A DNA stretch of 63,137 nucleotides, counting the filler, from Octopus bimaculoides (Eukaryota), in the NCBI RefSeq assembly GCF_001194135.2. It is 4 parts of 4 records of this genome, joined end to end, with 100 filler letters (N's around TTAATTAATTAA, not from the genome) between each part and the next. Parts side by side here need not be neighbours in the genome. Positions count along the whole stretch, not along the records: positions 44,661 to 59,412 come from NW_026368032.1; positions 59,513 to 63,137 come from NW_026312738.1; 2 more parts are not named here. One strand, given 5' to 3'. The notes under the pieces were generated by a model, which was given only the letters and a program-made list of their open reading frames with translations, did not search any database and was not told the origin of the DNA. Shown here piece after piece: positions 51,048-63,071 of this stretch (the stretch's first letter is position 1; each line of letters opens with the position of its first letter). Position numbers and translations under genes: made by a program.

Positions 51048-51135
51048 GGCTTACAAAGAATAAGTCCTGGGGTCGATTTTCTCGACTAAAGGCGGCGCTC
51101 CAGCATGGCCGCAGTCAAATGACTGAAACAAGTTA
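51048..51135 (+). mobile_element. SINE B 3' end
   Basis: ggcttacaaagaataagtcctggggtcgat ... ctccagcatggccgcagtcaaatgactgaaac. Confidence 0.9.
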
Positions 51136-51140
51136 AACAG

Positions 51141-51172
<32 letters not shown>

Positions 51173-51884
51173 TTTGTTTATATGTATGTATGCATGTATG
51201 TATGTATGTATGCTTGTGTCTTTGTACGTATGCGAGTTTCTGTGTGTCTGCTTCTATGTCTACATATATATTACAGCGCAGCAACCCTTCAGGTTTATCC
51301 ACCCCATTGCCAAACCACTCGCTCACTCGCCACCCGTATATAATTAACACCCAGATATCCATCCCAGTCGGTGAGTAAAGGTTAGATGTGGTAGAGGAAG
51401 TGCTCCTTCGCTGCGAATGTGTGACGCGCGTACCTAAATATATACACATCCGTGTATGTGTGTGTATGTGTGTGTGTGTATGTGTGTATATATATATATG
51501 TATATATATATGAATGTATATGTATGAATATATATATATGTATATATATANNNNNNNNNNNNNNNNNNNNNNNNNNNNNNNNNNNNNNNNNNNNNNNNNN
51601 NNNNNNNNNNNNNNNNNNNNNNNNNNNNNNNNNNNNNNNNNNNNNNNNNNNNNNNNACTACTACTACTACTACTACTACTACTATGTAAGTAAGCCTCGT
51701 CTCCGTTCTGAAATGCCAACTTGATTACTACGTCTGCTTCTCTTCTCTACGAATGTTGCCCATCGGCGGCGCGTACCGTGGATACCCCTATCATATCGTT
51801 GCCTATATCGATGTATCTCTCTACTATCTGACATATTTACCCATTCTTCTATTATCAACCATTCCATTCATCTGTTCTTGCATT

Positions 51885-52230
51885 CTTTTATCTGTTTCAG
51901 TTATTTGACGACGGCCATGCTGGGGCACCGCATTGAAGGATTTTTTTGTCGAACGAAACGAACCCCAGTACTTGCTTCTTTCTTTCTTTCTTTCTTTCCT
52001 TATTTCATTTCATTTTATTTATTTATTTCTTCATTTATGTATTTATATATTCGAATCCTGGTACCTATTTCATCAGGTATTTGTACCGAACCGCTAAGTT
52101 ACAGGGACGTGAACACACCAACATCGATTGTCAAGCGGTGGGAGAAGACAAAGACAGATACAAACATGCACAAACATACACATACACACACACATACACG
52201 CCCACACGCACACACTTATCTATATAATCA
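51885..52230 (-). mobile_element. SINE B 3' half
   Basis: gtttcagttatttgacgacggccatgctgggg ... gaaccgctaagttacagggacg. Confidence 0.8.
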
Positions 52231-53061
52231 AATGAATAAAAACAGACGATGGATAAATGAGCTGACATTTATCTATCGTCTGTTATTATTCATTTAATTA
52301 TAATACACCAAGGGGATTTATGACTTGTCTGACACCCTGGAGTATACCAACAGCGTACAATTCAACGTAACGCGTGCTTTGGACCAGCCCCTAAACGCTA
52401 AATGCCCATAGGGTTGGTTTTCTCTGTATAAACAACTGGAATATTCTATTTGATACTTACCAACCATAGGTAAGAACTACAAGTTTATCCAACCCTACCT
52501 GGTACGTATCTTTTCGCGCACCCGATTCTAGCTGAATGCATATTTTACTATATATATATATGCATATATATCTATGTATATATGTATGTATGTATGTATA
52601 TATATGTGTATATATATATATATATAAAGTACCAGACTTTAAAACAAATGTCTAGAGTATATTTGTTCGACTAGAATTCTTCAAGGCAGTACCTGAACTC
52701 GGCTGGAATCCAATCAGTGAAGCAAGTGGAAAATAAGATACATACATACATAGATTCATGTGATGTGTGTGTGTGTGTGCGTGTGTGTATTCAGGATTAG
52801 ATAAAAAGACCACAACAAACGGAAAATTGGACAAATACACAACACACGGAAAGTAAATTCACAAATGAACGAAAACAGACACAGAATGGGACCAACACTG
52901 ACAAACAATAAATGGATGAACAAGCAATACAGAAATGGTTATATGAAAGTGGATAAAAGTAATTCAAGGTGAGATTGTTAGTAAACGGACAAGGGGCAAA
53001 AATACGAAATAAACAGAATATGGCCTTGGGGTAAGGCGAAGGCAACAAAAAATTATACACT

Positions 53062-53096
<35 letters not shown>

Positions 53097-53153
53097 GTGT
53101 GTGTTTGTATGTATGTATGTATATTAACTATTGCTTGACCATTTTCTCAAACC

Positions 53154-53201
53154 GTCCCTGATGAAGGGATATAATGAATATCCTGGAAACAGCTGTAAGA
53201 C
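53154..53201 (+). ncRNA. Hammerhead motif family 1, copy 2, in a solo 140-bp PLE terminal repeat (53125-53260)
   Basis: gtcc-CTGATGA-a-GGGATA-taatgaa-TATCCT-g-GAAA-CAGCTG-TA-agac. Confidence 0.75.
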
Positions 53202-53279
53202 CTATTTAGAAATGTTCTAAAATCTTCACAGCCTTGGTTTTTTTATCTCATTCTGAAAAAATAATAATATATATATATA

Positions 53280-53685
53280 GTCCTTTACTTGCTTCGGTCC
53301 TTAGACAGCTGCCATGCTGGGGCACCCCACTGAAGAATTTTAGTCAAGTGAATCGATTCCAGTACATAGTTTGTTTCTTTTTTTAAGATTGTAACATTCC
53401 ATCGGTGTTTTTGGCCCCACCGCTAGATTACGGGGACGTAAACGCAACAAAACCAGTTGTCAAGCGGTGGGCTTGTCAAGTGGTGGGGTACAAACACAGA
53501 CAACAAAGACACACACATACAGAAACATACAAACATATACATAAATGTCAGGCTTCTTTCAGTTTCCGTCTACCAAATCCACTCACAAGGCTACCAAATT
53601 CACTTCCCCAAGGTACCACGCAGTGGGACTGAACCCGGCACCATTTGGTTCGGAAGCAAGCTTCTAATCATGCAGCTACATATGT
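53280..53685 (-). mobile_element. SINE B, degraded
   Basis: Tail, internal repeat and ttcagtttccgtctaccaaatccactcacaagg are all present. Confidence 0.8.
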
Positions 53686-53736
53686 GTGTCTATGCGTGTG
53701 TGCTGTGTGTATGTGAGTGTATTTATATATTCAGAA

Positions 53737-53767
<31 letters not shown>

Positions 53768-54027
53768 TGTATGGATGGATGGATGGATGAATGGATGGAT
53801 GGATGTATATATGAACAAGGCTGTGCAAACGAATACGCTGCGTATATCTATGTGCGCATATTGTTATATAGGTCTATGTATGTATGTTTATATATATATA
53901 CTTTTACGTATGCTTAAGTGCATATATTTTTGTATGAATATACTGGGTGTGTTCTCATGTTTTTATATTAGAAATAACTTCACATAACATAAACAAATTA
54001 ATAAGGCCTCGCAGTATATACACTCAG

Positions 54028-54070
<43 letters not shown>

Positions 54071-54579
54071 CACACGCGCGCGCACTCAAATGAAGAGCTG
54101 ATGGTTTTTGCCCGCCCTAAATATGCTGGTCATGAACCAGTGACAGAGGAACAGTATTTATGTTGAGCTTGAAAGAAAGAGATTGCTCTTCCTTACACGT
54201 AATATGTATGCATGTATGTATGTATGTATGCATGTATGTATGTTTGTATGTATGTATGTGTTTGTATGTATGTATGTATGCATGTATGTATGTATGTATG
54301 CATGTATGTATGGATGCATGTATGTTTGTATGTATGTATGTATGTATGTATGCATGTATGTATGTATGCATGTATGTATGTATGTATGTATGCATGTATG
54401 CTTGTATGTATATATGCATGCATGTATGTATGGATGGATGTATGTATGGATGTNNNNNNNNNNNNNNNNNNNNNNNNNNNNNNNNNNNNNNNNNNNNNNN
54501 NNNNNNNNNNNNNNNNNNNNNNNNNNNNNNNNNNNNNNNNNNNNNNNNNNNNNNNNNNNNNNNNNNNNNNNNNNNNNNT

Positions 54580-54890
54580 TGTAATGAGATAAAAAAAAAA
54601 CCAAGGCTGTGTATAATATAGAACATTTATAAATAGAAGGTCTTACAGCTGTTTCCAGGATATTTATTATATCCCTTCATCAGAGACGGCGTGAGAGGAT
54701 GGTTAAGCAATGGTTAATTTAAATAAGATAGGAAATAGAGAATGAATTGGAGGAACGGAAATAGATGTTAGACATGCAGGAATATTGTATTTGTAAATCC
54801 ATTGTTTAGGCAGAATGGTGTACATATAAGATTCCAATACCTTATGAGTAAAATCCAGTAGTCTTTAAAATTGGTCATTGCATTTGTAAA
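54580..54890 (-). mobile_element. PLE 3' region/terminal repeat homologous to 44320-44560
   Basis: Shared ggaatcttatatgta.acc.ttctgcctaaa.aatgg and aatgacca.ttttaaa blocks, then the hammerhead. Confidence 0.85.
54640..54687 (-). ncRNA. Hammerhead motif family 1, copy 3, intact core
   Basis: Minus strand: gtct-CTGATGA-a-GGGATA-taataaa-TATCCT-g-GAAA-CAGCTG-TA-agac. Confidence 0.8.
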
Positions 54891-56037
54891 TCCATTATTA
54901 AGATTCCAATACCCTATGTGTAAAATCTTAATAATGGATTTACAAATCTTAATAATGGATAGACTATTGGATTTTACTTATCACCACCACCATCACCATC
55001 ATCATCACCATCACCACCACCATCAATACTCCCACCACCACTACCATTGTCATCATCACCATCATCACCACCATTTCTACCATCGGCGTGCCACCGCTTC
55101 CATCAGCAGCAGCACTGAAACTACTGGCAGCGCCATCACTGCCACAACGACGGCCACGACCACCACTACCGACACCGTGTACCATCATCACCACCACCAC
55201 CACCACCACCATGCATGCTTTAGTCGCCATCTCACCACCATCTCTANNNNNNNNNNNNNNNNNNNNNNNNNNNNNNNNNNNNNNNNNNNNNNNNNNNNNN
55301 NNNNNNNNNNNNNNNNNNNNNNNNNNNNNNNNNNNNNNNNNNNNNNNNNNNNNNNNNNNNNNNNNNNNNNNNNNNNNNNNNNNNNNNNNNNNNNNNNNNN
55401 NNNNNNNNNNNNNNNNNNNNNNNNNNNNNNNNNNNNNNNNNNNNNNNNNNNNNNNNNNNNNNNNNNNNNNNNNNNNNNNNNNNNNNNNNNNNNNNNNNNN
55501 NNNNNNNNNNNNNNNNNNNNNNNNNNNNNNNNNNNNNNNNNNNNNNNNNNNNNNNNNNNNNNNNNNNNNNNNNNNNNNNNNNNNNNNNNNNNNNNNNNNN
55601 NNNNNNNNNNNNNNNNNNNNNNNNNNNNNNNNNNNNNNNNNNNNNNNNNNNNNNNNNNNNNNNNNNNNNNNNNNNNNNNNNNNNNNNNNNNNNNNNNNNN
55701 NNNNNNNNNNNNNNNNNNNNNNNNNNNNNNNNNNNNNNNNNNNNNNNNNNNNNNNNNNNNNNNNNNNNNNNNNNNNNNNNNNNNNNNNNNNNNNNNNNNN
55801 NNNNNNNNNNNNNNNNNNNNNNNNNNNNNNNNNNNNNNNNNNNNNNNNNNNNNNNNNNNNNNNNNNNNNNNNNNNNNNNNNNNNNNNNNNNNNNNNNNNN
55901 NNNNNNNNNNNNNNNNNNNNNNNNNNNNNNNNNNNNNNNNNNNNNNNNNNNNNNNNNNNNNNNNNNNNNNNNNNNNNNNNNNNNNNNNNNNNNNNNNNNN
56001 NNNNNNNNNNNNNNNNNNNNNNNNNNNNNNNNNNNNN

Positions 56038-56093
<56 letters not shown>

Positions 56094-56175
56094 ATGTATG
56101 TATATATATATATATATCCACACACACATGTTTATATACAGATGCGAATGTATTTGCATAGGAAGTGTTTATTTG

Positions 56176-56211
<36 letters not shown>

Positions 56212-56213
56212 TC

Positions 56214-56244
<31 letters not shown>

Positions 56245-56770
56245 AGAGAGGAGAGAGAGAAAGACAGACATAGACAGATAGAAAGACAGACAGACAGACA
56301 AATAGATAGATAGATAGATAGATAGATAGATGCATAAATACATATACACGTATATATACATACAACATATATATATATATTATACATTTATATGCAAAAT
56401 ATACATACAGTTATGATAACATTTACGTAGCTCCCCACTTTCTCCATTCTTAATTCTAGCCCCTTCACAGAAGAGCACTCAGATTGTTCCCCCTCCTTTG
56501 TTTTCCAGTTGTGGTCTTTCTCCATTCTATAAATTTAAACAATATTTTCCTACTCCTCTATGCTTCTCCCTTTTTTTTTTCTATGAAGAACTAACATCTG
56601 AAACGTTGATACACACTCTCCTTTGAAGAATTCAACCGATAGTGTATCATTTTTAATGTTTATTGCATCTACAATGTTTGTATATGTATGTATGAATGTA
56701 TGTATGTATGTATGTAACTACGTACGTGCCTTTAGCGATTCCTTTTCCTTCTTTGGATTTTCCCCTCTCC

Positions 56771-56803
56771 TTTCTGACGAAGAGCTATGCACGAAACGTC
56801 AAA
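56771..56803 (+). ncRNA. Minimal hammerhead motif family 2, intact core
   Basis: ttt-CTGACGA-a-GAGC-tat-GCAC-GAAA-CGTC-aaa; one stem II mismatch; ctgagcgtc follows. Confidence 0.7.
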
Positions 56804-57515
56804 AACTTTCTCTTTTTACTGAGCGTCATGGTATGAATAATAAGTAAGAGATTTAAGTAATAATAAGTAAAAGTAATAATAACTGAAAGATTTAACCGCT
56901 TTGCTAACCTTTGTGTCTTTTACATACATAATGCCGAAGACATGACAATATATCGCATGCTTTCGCTTATGAAGGGATGAATATATTGCGTTTAACTCAT
57001 AAATAACTGAATAAATCTCACGTTTTTTTAATGCTCGATGACTGGTCTTATTTTAATGCTTTTTTTTGTTTAGATATTGTTACGCTACTCCTTTTTTTTT
57101 TGTTGAATAGTTTGAATTCATTGTACCGTGAACCGAAGAGAAACGATTCAAATGCTTCATCTTCCGGGTTTCTATGTATGTATGTATATATGGATGGATG
57201 GATGAATGGATGGATGGATGGATTGATGGATGGATGGATGAAAGTATGTATGTATTACCGTATGTATGCATGTGTCCATCTATCTATCTTCCTATCTATC
57301 TATCTATCTATCTATCTATATGTATGTCTGTCTCTCTATCTCAATGTATATATGCAAATAAACGTAGATAAAAGCTTGTGTGTATGCGTGTTTGTGTGTA
57401 TGTGTGTGTGTGCTTGTATGTGTTTGTGTGTAATTATTTTTGCAGATACGAGCATATACATACATAAACACATATATATGTGCCTGTGTTGCTGTGTGGC
57501 CTAAATGTCTAAATG

Positions 57516-57571
<56 letters not shown>

Positions 57572-57972
57572 GCGTCATACGTGCATACTTACATCCGTAC
57601 ACAATCGTATATGTACACCAAAATAAACAAAACATGACACACAGAAATACATACGCACACACATACACACACATGCATATACGCACACAGATATACCTGT
57701 TGCTTCATAACGTGAGATACAAATACACTTGCGTAGATATACACATTTGCACACTGAGTAACAACAACAGCAGCATCAACAACAACAGCATCAACAATTT
57801 ATACAAAGAGAAACAAAATATATGGAAACTGACAGCTAAGAACCGATCGATTTGGTTGGAAGCCAAAACGTTTATTGCGCCAAATGAATGAGTAGTACGA
57901 AGTTATATTATGACATTTGCCAATATAAATGTATAAATGTGTGTGTGCGTGTGTGTGTGTGTGTGTGTGTAT

Positions 57973-58011
<39 letters not shown>

Positions 58012-58164
58012 CACGCATGCACACACTCGCGTGCGCATGTATATGTGAGAATGTATGATAAACATAAGATGTACTTTATGCTATCTGTTCCCGACGCACG
58101 TTTCGTCATTGTGGCTATCTACATCCTCTGCAGAAGATATTTACTGAACATTTAGATGCAGAAA

Positions 58165-58650
58165 GGAGCATGGCTCAGTGGTTAGAGCGTCGGGCTCACA
58201 ATCATTAGGTAGTGAGTTCGATTCCTGGACCAGCCCGTGTGTTGTGTTCTTGAGCAAGTCACTTTACTTCACGTTGCTTCAATTCACTCAGCTGTAGAAA
58301 TGAGTTGCGATATTACTGGTGCCAAGCTGTATCGGCCCCTTTACCTTTCCCTTGGATAACATCAGTGACGTGGAGAGGAGAGGTTGGTATGCATGGACGA
58401 CTGTCGGTCTTCCATAAATAACCTTGCCCGGACTTGTACCTCGGAGGGGAACTTTCTAAGTGCAACCCTATGGTCATTCGTGATTGAAGAAGGCCTTTAC
58501 CCTTTCTACCCTGCAGCAGTTCTACAAAGAAACACTTGTGACGTCGCAACTCATTTCTACAGGTGAGTGAACTGGAGCAACGTGAAATAAAGTGTCTTGC
58601 TCTAGAACACAACACGCAGCCTGGTCCGGGATTCGAACTCACAACCTGCG
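58165..58650. mobile_element. SINE family D (plus, 58165-58500) and an inverted head (minus, 58550-58650)
   Basis: A/B boxes ggctcagtggttagagc / gagttcgattcct, CORE-like ttgagcaagtcactttacttcacgttgc. Confidence 0.8.
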
Positions 58651-58814
58651 CTTTCACATACATATATACATACATACATAGAGAAGTTTATCATTTAACT
58701 GTATATGCGCATGTCTAGACATGCAGCTATATGCATGAGAATGCATACACAAAACAAACAAAAATTTGCACATACACTGACTCCAAATACTGTACATATA
58801 CAGTATTTAATACC

Positions 58815-58912
58815 GTGTTGATGCTGAAGGTTCAATGAAAGAGCCTTAGATCTAGGTTAGAAACCGGCTCTTTCTCTGTTGACTAGAAATCTTGAAATAA
58901 AATTCAATAATG
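58815..58912 (+). mobile_element. 3' UTR of the RLE LINE family, ending in (ACAT)n
   Basis: gagcctt..atct..gtt.gaaaccggc.c.ttct also at 59357-59392; stem gaaagagcc/ggctctttc at 58837-45/58866-74. Confidence 0.55.
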
Positions 58913-58954
58913 ACATACATACATACATACATACATACATACATACATACATAC

Positions 58955-59412
58955 AATACAGGTGGAATATTCTCATCAAAACTTGTGTCAAATGTTAACA
59001 TAATAGGCCGGATATTGTTGTTTGGGACAGAGGAGCAAAGGTGCGTACCGTCATAGAGGTCAGCTGCCCTGCAGATATAAATATTTCTTTGGATATCAAT
59101 GGACAACTGCTTCGAAACCTCCAACTTCTATATCCAGACTATGAATTCATATTCATACCAGTAATAATTGGAGCACTAGGTTTTGTTAGTAAATGCTTAA
59201 AGGAAAATCTGGATAAACAGGGATTTTCAGAAAGAGAAATCGACCGGCTAATTCGTACATTACAAGTGCAATCTGTGAGTGGAACAGTAAAAATATGCAA
59301 GACTTTTCTCAAGTTACAAATGTGAATTTGTCTGTGTTAACTACATCCCAAAGATGGAGCCTTGTATCTTTGTTGGAAACCGGCCCCCTTCTTAGTGGAA
59401 GATTTATAATAA
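58955..59412 (+). mobile_element. RLE LINE endonuclease domain and 3' UTR
   Basis: HNRPDIVVWD...VIEVSCPAD...LQLLYPDYEFIFIPVIIGALG...CKTFLKLQM*; PD-(D/E)xK-type RLE motif. Confidence 0.9.
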
Positions 59413-59512
59413 NNNNNNNNNNNNNNNNNNNNNNNNNNNNNNNNNNNNNNNNNNNNTTAATTAATTAANNNNNNNNNNNNNNNNNNNNNNNNNNNNNNNN
59501 NNNNNNNNNNNN
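59413..59512. other. Synthetic 100-bp scaffold spacer
   Basis: N44-TTAATTAATTAA-N44. Confidence 0.95.
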
Positions 59513-59603
59513 TGAGTGTGTGTGTACACGTGTGCGTGATTGTGTGTGTGTGTGTGTGTGTGTGTACATGTATGCGTGTGAGTGTGTGTGTACACGTGTG
59601 CGT

Positions 59604-59640
<37 letters not shown>

Positions 59641-60407
59641 CGTGTTTGTAGCAGGAGGAACGGTGATGTGTGTGTTTGTGTTTGAGTGTCCGTGTTTGTG
59701 TGTATGCGTTTGTATTAGAAGGAACGACGGTATATGTGTGCGTGCGTGCATGTGTGCATGTATGTGTGTATGTATGTGTGTGCGTGTGTGTGTGTGTCTT
59801 TGTGCCAGAAAGAACGACGTTGGATGTATGTGTGTGTGTGTGTGTCTTTGTATCAGAAGGAACTGTGTATGCGTGTGTTTGTTTGTGTGTGTGTATGTAT
59901 GTGTATGTGTGTGTGTGTGTGTGTGTGTCTTTGTGCCAGAAAGAACGACGTNNNNNNNNNNNNNNNNNNNNNNNNNNNNNNNNNNNNNNNNNNNNNNNNN
60001 NNNNNNNNNNNNNNNNNNNNNNNNNNNNNNNNNNNNNNNNNNNNNNNNNNNNNNNNNNNNNNNNNNNNNNNNNNNNNNNNNNNNNNNNNNNNNNNNNNNN
60101 NNNNNNNNNNNNNNNNNNNNNNNNNNNNNNNNNNNNNNNNNNNNNNNNNNNNNNNNNNNNNNNNNNNNNNNNNNNNNNNNNNNNNNNNNNNNNNNNNNNN
60201 NNNNNNNNNNNNNNNNNNNNNNNNNNNNNNNNNNNNNNNNNNNNNNNNNNNNNNNNNNNNNNNNNNNNNNNNNNGCGTGTTTTGTATTTGAGTGTGTATA
60301 TGCATGTTTGTATATATATACGCGTATGTGCGTGTTAGTGTTTCTCCCTGTCTGTGTGCAAGTGCACGCATGCGTTTACGACGTGAACGTGTGTGTGTGC
60401 GTACGTT

Positions 60408-60442
<35 letters not shown>

Positions 60443-60490
60443 ATGTGTGTGTACGAGAGTGAGTGTATGTGTTTGTGCGTGCGGTTATAA
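59513..60490. repeat. (TG)n array punctuated by a repeated 25-bp cassette
   Basis: gtctttgtgccagaaagaacgacg-like units at about 59637, 59707, 59796, 59843 and 59926. Confidence 0.8.
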
Positions 60491-60519
60491 AATCGCGTTC
60501 ATGTCACTGTGACACAGTG

Positions 60520-61165
60520 AAACGGAGCAGAACGGAACAGAACGGAAGGGATCGGGGTGGAACGGAACAGAACGGAATGGAACGAACCGGAACAGAATGG
60601 AATAGAATAGTGTCGTGATGTAGTGTGCTGATATAGCGGGATGTAATAGAGCATGGTAGTAATAGCTGTAGTGTGATATAGAATGGTGACGATGTAGAAG
60701 CGTGTGATAGTGTGCTGTTCCGTGGAGTAGTTAAGTATAGTGCAGATATATATAGTGTGTTAGTATGTGCTAATAGAGCGGGGTTATAGTATATAGTAGT
60801 ATTATATAGTGTAATGATATAGTTCGCGTATGGCGATATAGTAAGTAGTAGTGTAGTGTAGAGAGATATCGTGTGTTAGAATGTGCTAATAGAGCGGGAT
60901 TATTGTATATAGCTGTATTGTATAGTGTAGCGGTAGTAAACAATAGTGTCGAGATATAGTGTTAGAATGAGTTAAGAGAGCGGGGTTATAGTATATAGCA
61001 GATTTATATAGTATGGTGGTATTGTGCGGTGTAGTAAGCAATAGTGTGGAGATATAGTGTATTAGCATGTGCTAACAGAGCGAGGTTATATATTGTAGTG
61101 TGGTAGTGTGGTGTAGTGTGGAGAAATGGTATATTATAATATGCTGATAGAGCAAGGTGTAGTTT
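60520..61165. repeat. (GGAAC/GGAAT)n pentamers followed by a degenerate minisatellite
   Basis: Anchor gagatatagtgttagaatgtgctaatagagcgggg recurs 5 times. Confidence 0.8.
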
Positions 61166-61380
61166 GTAACAATCTTATACAGTGGCCTTGATGGTAACGT
61201 CCTGAGCAGCAATTGATTTTGTTGACTAATGTCTAAGTTCAAATCCTGCCAGTCATCTTTGATACTGCATTTTATCCCACTGTTGGTCTGCAAGAAATAC
61301 CTACTATATTCAGTTCAACAGACAACAGACTGCTCCAACACATCATCTGTATATGTAAGACTGTTTCTATGTATGTATGT

Positions 61381-62125
61381 TCTCTTCTGATTTTAATTAT
61401 CTGAATTCATCCACTGAAGAAAGAGCTCTATCTTAGGAATGTAGATAACGAAAACAATGTCACATTTTAAACCTGAGAAAAGTCTTGCATACTTTTACTG
61501 TTCCGCTTACAGATTGCATTTGTAATGTGTAAGTTGGTTGATTTCTTTTTCTGAAAATCCAAGCTTATCCAGATTTTCACTTACAAAAGCAAATGCTTCA
61601 ATTATTATTGGTATAAATGTAAATTCATAATCTAGATATAGAAGCTGGAGGTTTCCAAACAGTTGTCCATAATTATTCTCTTTCTCTTTGAATTTCAAAG
61701 CGATATACACATCAGCAGGACAGCTGACCACTATGACGGTACATGCTTTTTCTTGTCAGTCCCAAATAACAATATCCGACCTGTTATGCTTGCACTTGAC
61801 AGATGTTTTGATGGGGATGTTCCACCGGTATTCCTTGTGCTGATGTTTGTGAATGTATTCATTAACAAGGAGATTCTGTATATTTATTCCAGGACAGCCT
61901 TTTTTCCGAATGGTACTGTATATTGTCTGCGACAAAGTCATGTCGCATAGGGAAATAGTATCTTCGCATTTGGGGCAGCTGCTAATCACATGTGTGATGT
62001 CTTCCACAATAATATGACATAATCTACACTTCCGGTTGCACCTTGGAGCCCCATAGGCTTCACACTCGCTTTTGTTCATTAGGTATTTCGTAGCAATCTC
62101 CTGTTCTTGGATTGCAAATGCATAG
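61381..62125 (-). mobile_element. RLE LINE CCHC-endonuclease-3' UTR fragment
   Basis: AIQEQEIATKYL, CRLCHIIVEDITHVISSC, HNRSDIVIWD, VSCPAD, LQLLYLDYEF; ends in (ACAT)3. Confidence 0.9.
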
Positions 62126-62127
62126 CG

Positions 62128-62262
62128 TTCGAAGTGAACTAGAGCAACGTGAAATAAAGTGTCTTGTTCAAGAAGACAACATAGAGCCCGGTCCGGGAAT
62201 CGAACTCACTACCTCATGATTGTCAGTCCGACGCTCTAACCACTGAGCCATGCGCCTTCACA
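62128..62262 (-). mobile_element. SINE C/D head
   Basis: Minus strand: gtgaaggcgcatggctcagtggttagagcgtcggactgacaatcatgaggtagtgagttcgattcccggacc. Confidence 0.8.
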
Positions 62263-62809
62263 GCGTAGTAAATGTGATTATATTTGTGGTGTAGTATTGA
62301 GATTTTGGGGAGCGCTGTGTAATATCGGTTTCAAATTTTGGCACGAGGCCAGCAATTTTACTGGAGGGAGTGAGTCAATTACATAGACCCCTACAGGTAC
62401 TACTCATGAGATCTAGTTATTTCCTCAGGTGAACGAGCTTTATACAGCACTCTGCCACGTTCCTAACAGAATATAACACAACTATATTTTTCTCTGTTTT
62501 TCATTAATTCTCAAAGCTGATGGGTATATTAGCGGTACGTAAAACCGAACCAGCCGATGGACTTGGACAACGTCAAATAAAGTGTATATATAGAGTATGG
62601 GACTATAGTAAAAGGTACTTGCCCAAGGTATTGCGCATACCTAGTAGACCTCTGATCAATGATGTTCGAGCCGTGATCATTGAACACTATGTATCTCGGA
62701 CTATATCATCGAATATGTCCTTCAGTTTTTAATAGGGATGGAGTGTTGGTGGTACTCAGGATTTCGTTGCTATTGTTAATATTGTCCACGCTGCGGTTAT
62801 ATTCTAACT

Positions 62810-63071
62810 CAAGGGTTTTCAAACTTTTTGACTTGCGGACCCCTTTATATTTCAGGCTTTACCTTATAAACGCTTATGAAATTTATACATAAATATTTTC
62901 TTAAAATAACATATATTTTTGCATTTATTTATTTAACAGTATTTAACAAATAGGTTTATTGTCAATTAAAAGATTTCGATTAAAAAACATAATTAAATCA
63001 AATTGCCCGTAAAAAGTATTTGCTGTCCACGGACCCCCTGTGGTCCGCGGACTACAGTTTGAAAACCCCTG
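62810..63071. mobile_element. hAT (Charlie-like) MITE with 8-bp TSD
   Basis: TIRs caagggttttcaaact / agtttgaaaacccctg (15/16); TSD ttctaact (62802-09) vs tgctaact (63072-79). Confidence 0.9.

Noticed and set aside
49378-51135. SINE B tail as the 3' end of the adjacent CR1-like LINE (SINE-LINE partnership)
   Set aside because: They are separated by an 845-base gap, and the piece after the gap begins with SINE-internal sequence. Adjacency proves nothing.
58165-58240. tRNA genes (also 8720-8796, 62185-62262, 1380-1450)
   Set aside because: A/B boxes are present, but there is no complete cloverleaf and each continues into a SINE body.
59637-59951. CRISPR-like repeat-spacer array
   Set aside because: The spacers are (TG)n, the repeats are diverged, there are no cas genes, and the context is eukaryotic.
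9-60490. Long ORFs rich in H, S, I, Y, VC, HT or X
   Set aside because: They are translations of microsatellites and N-runs, with no domain content or splice support.
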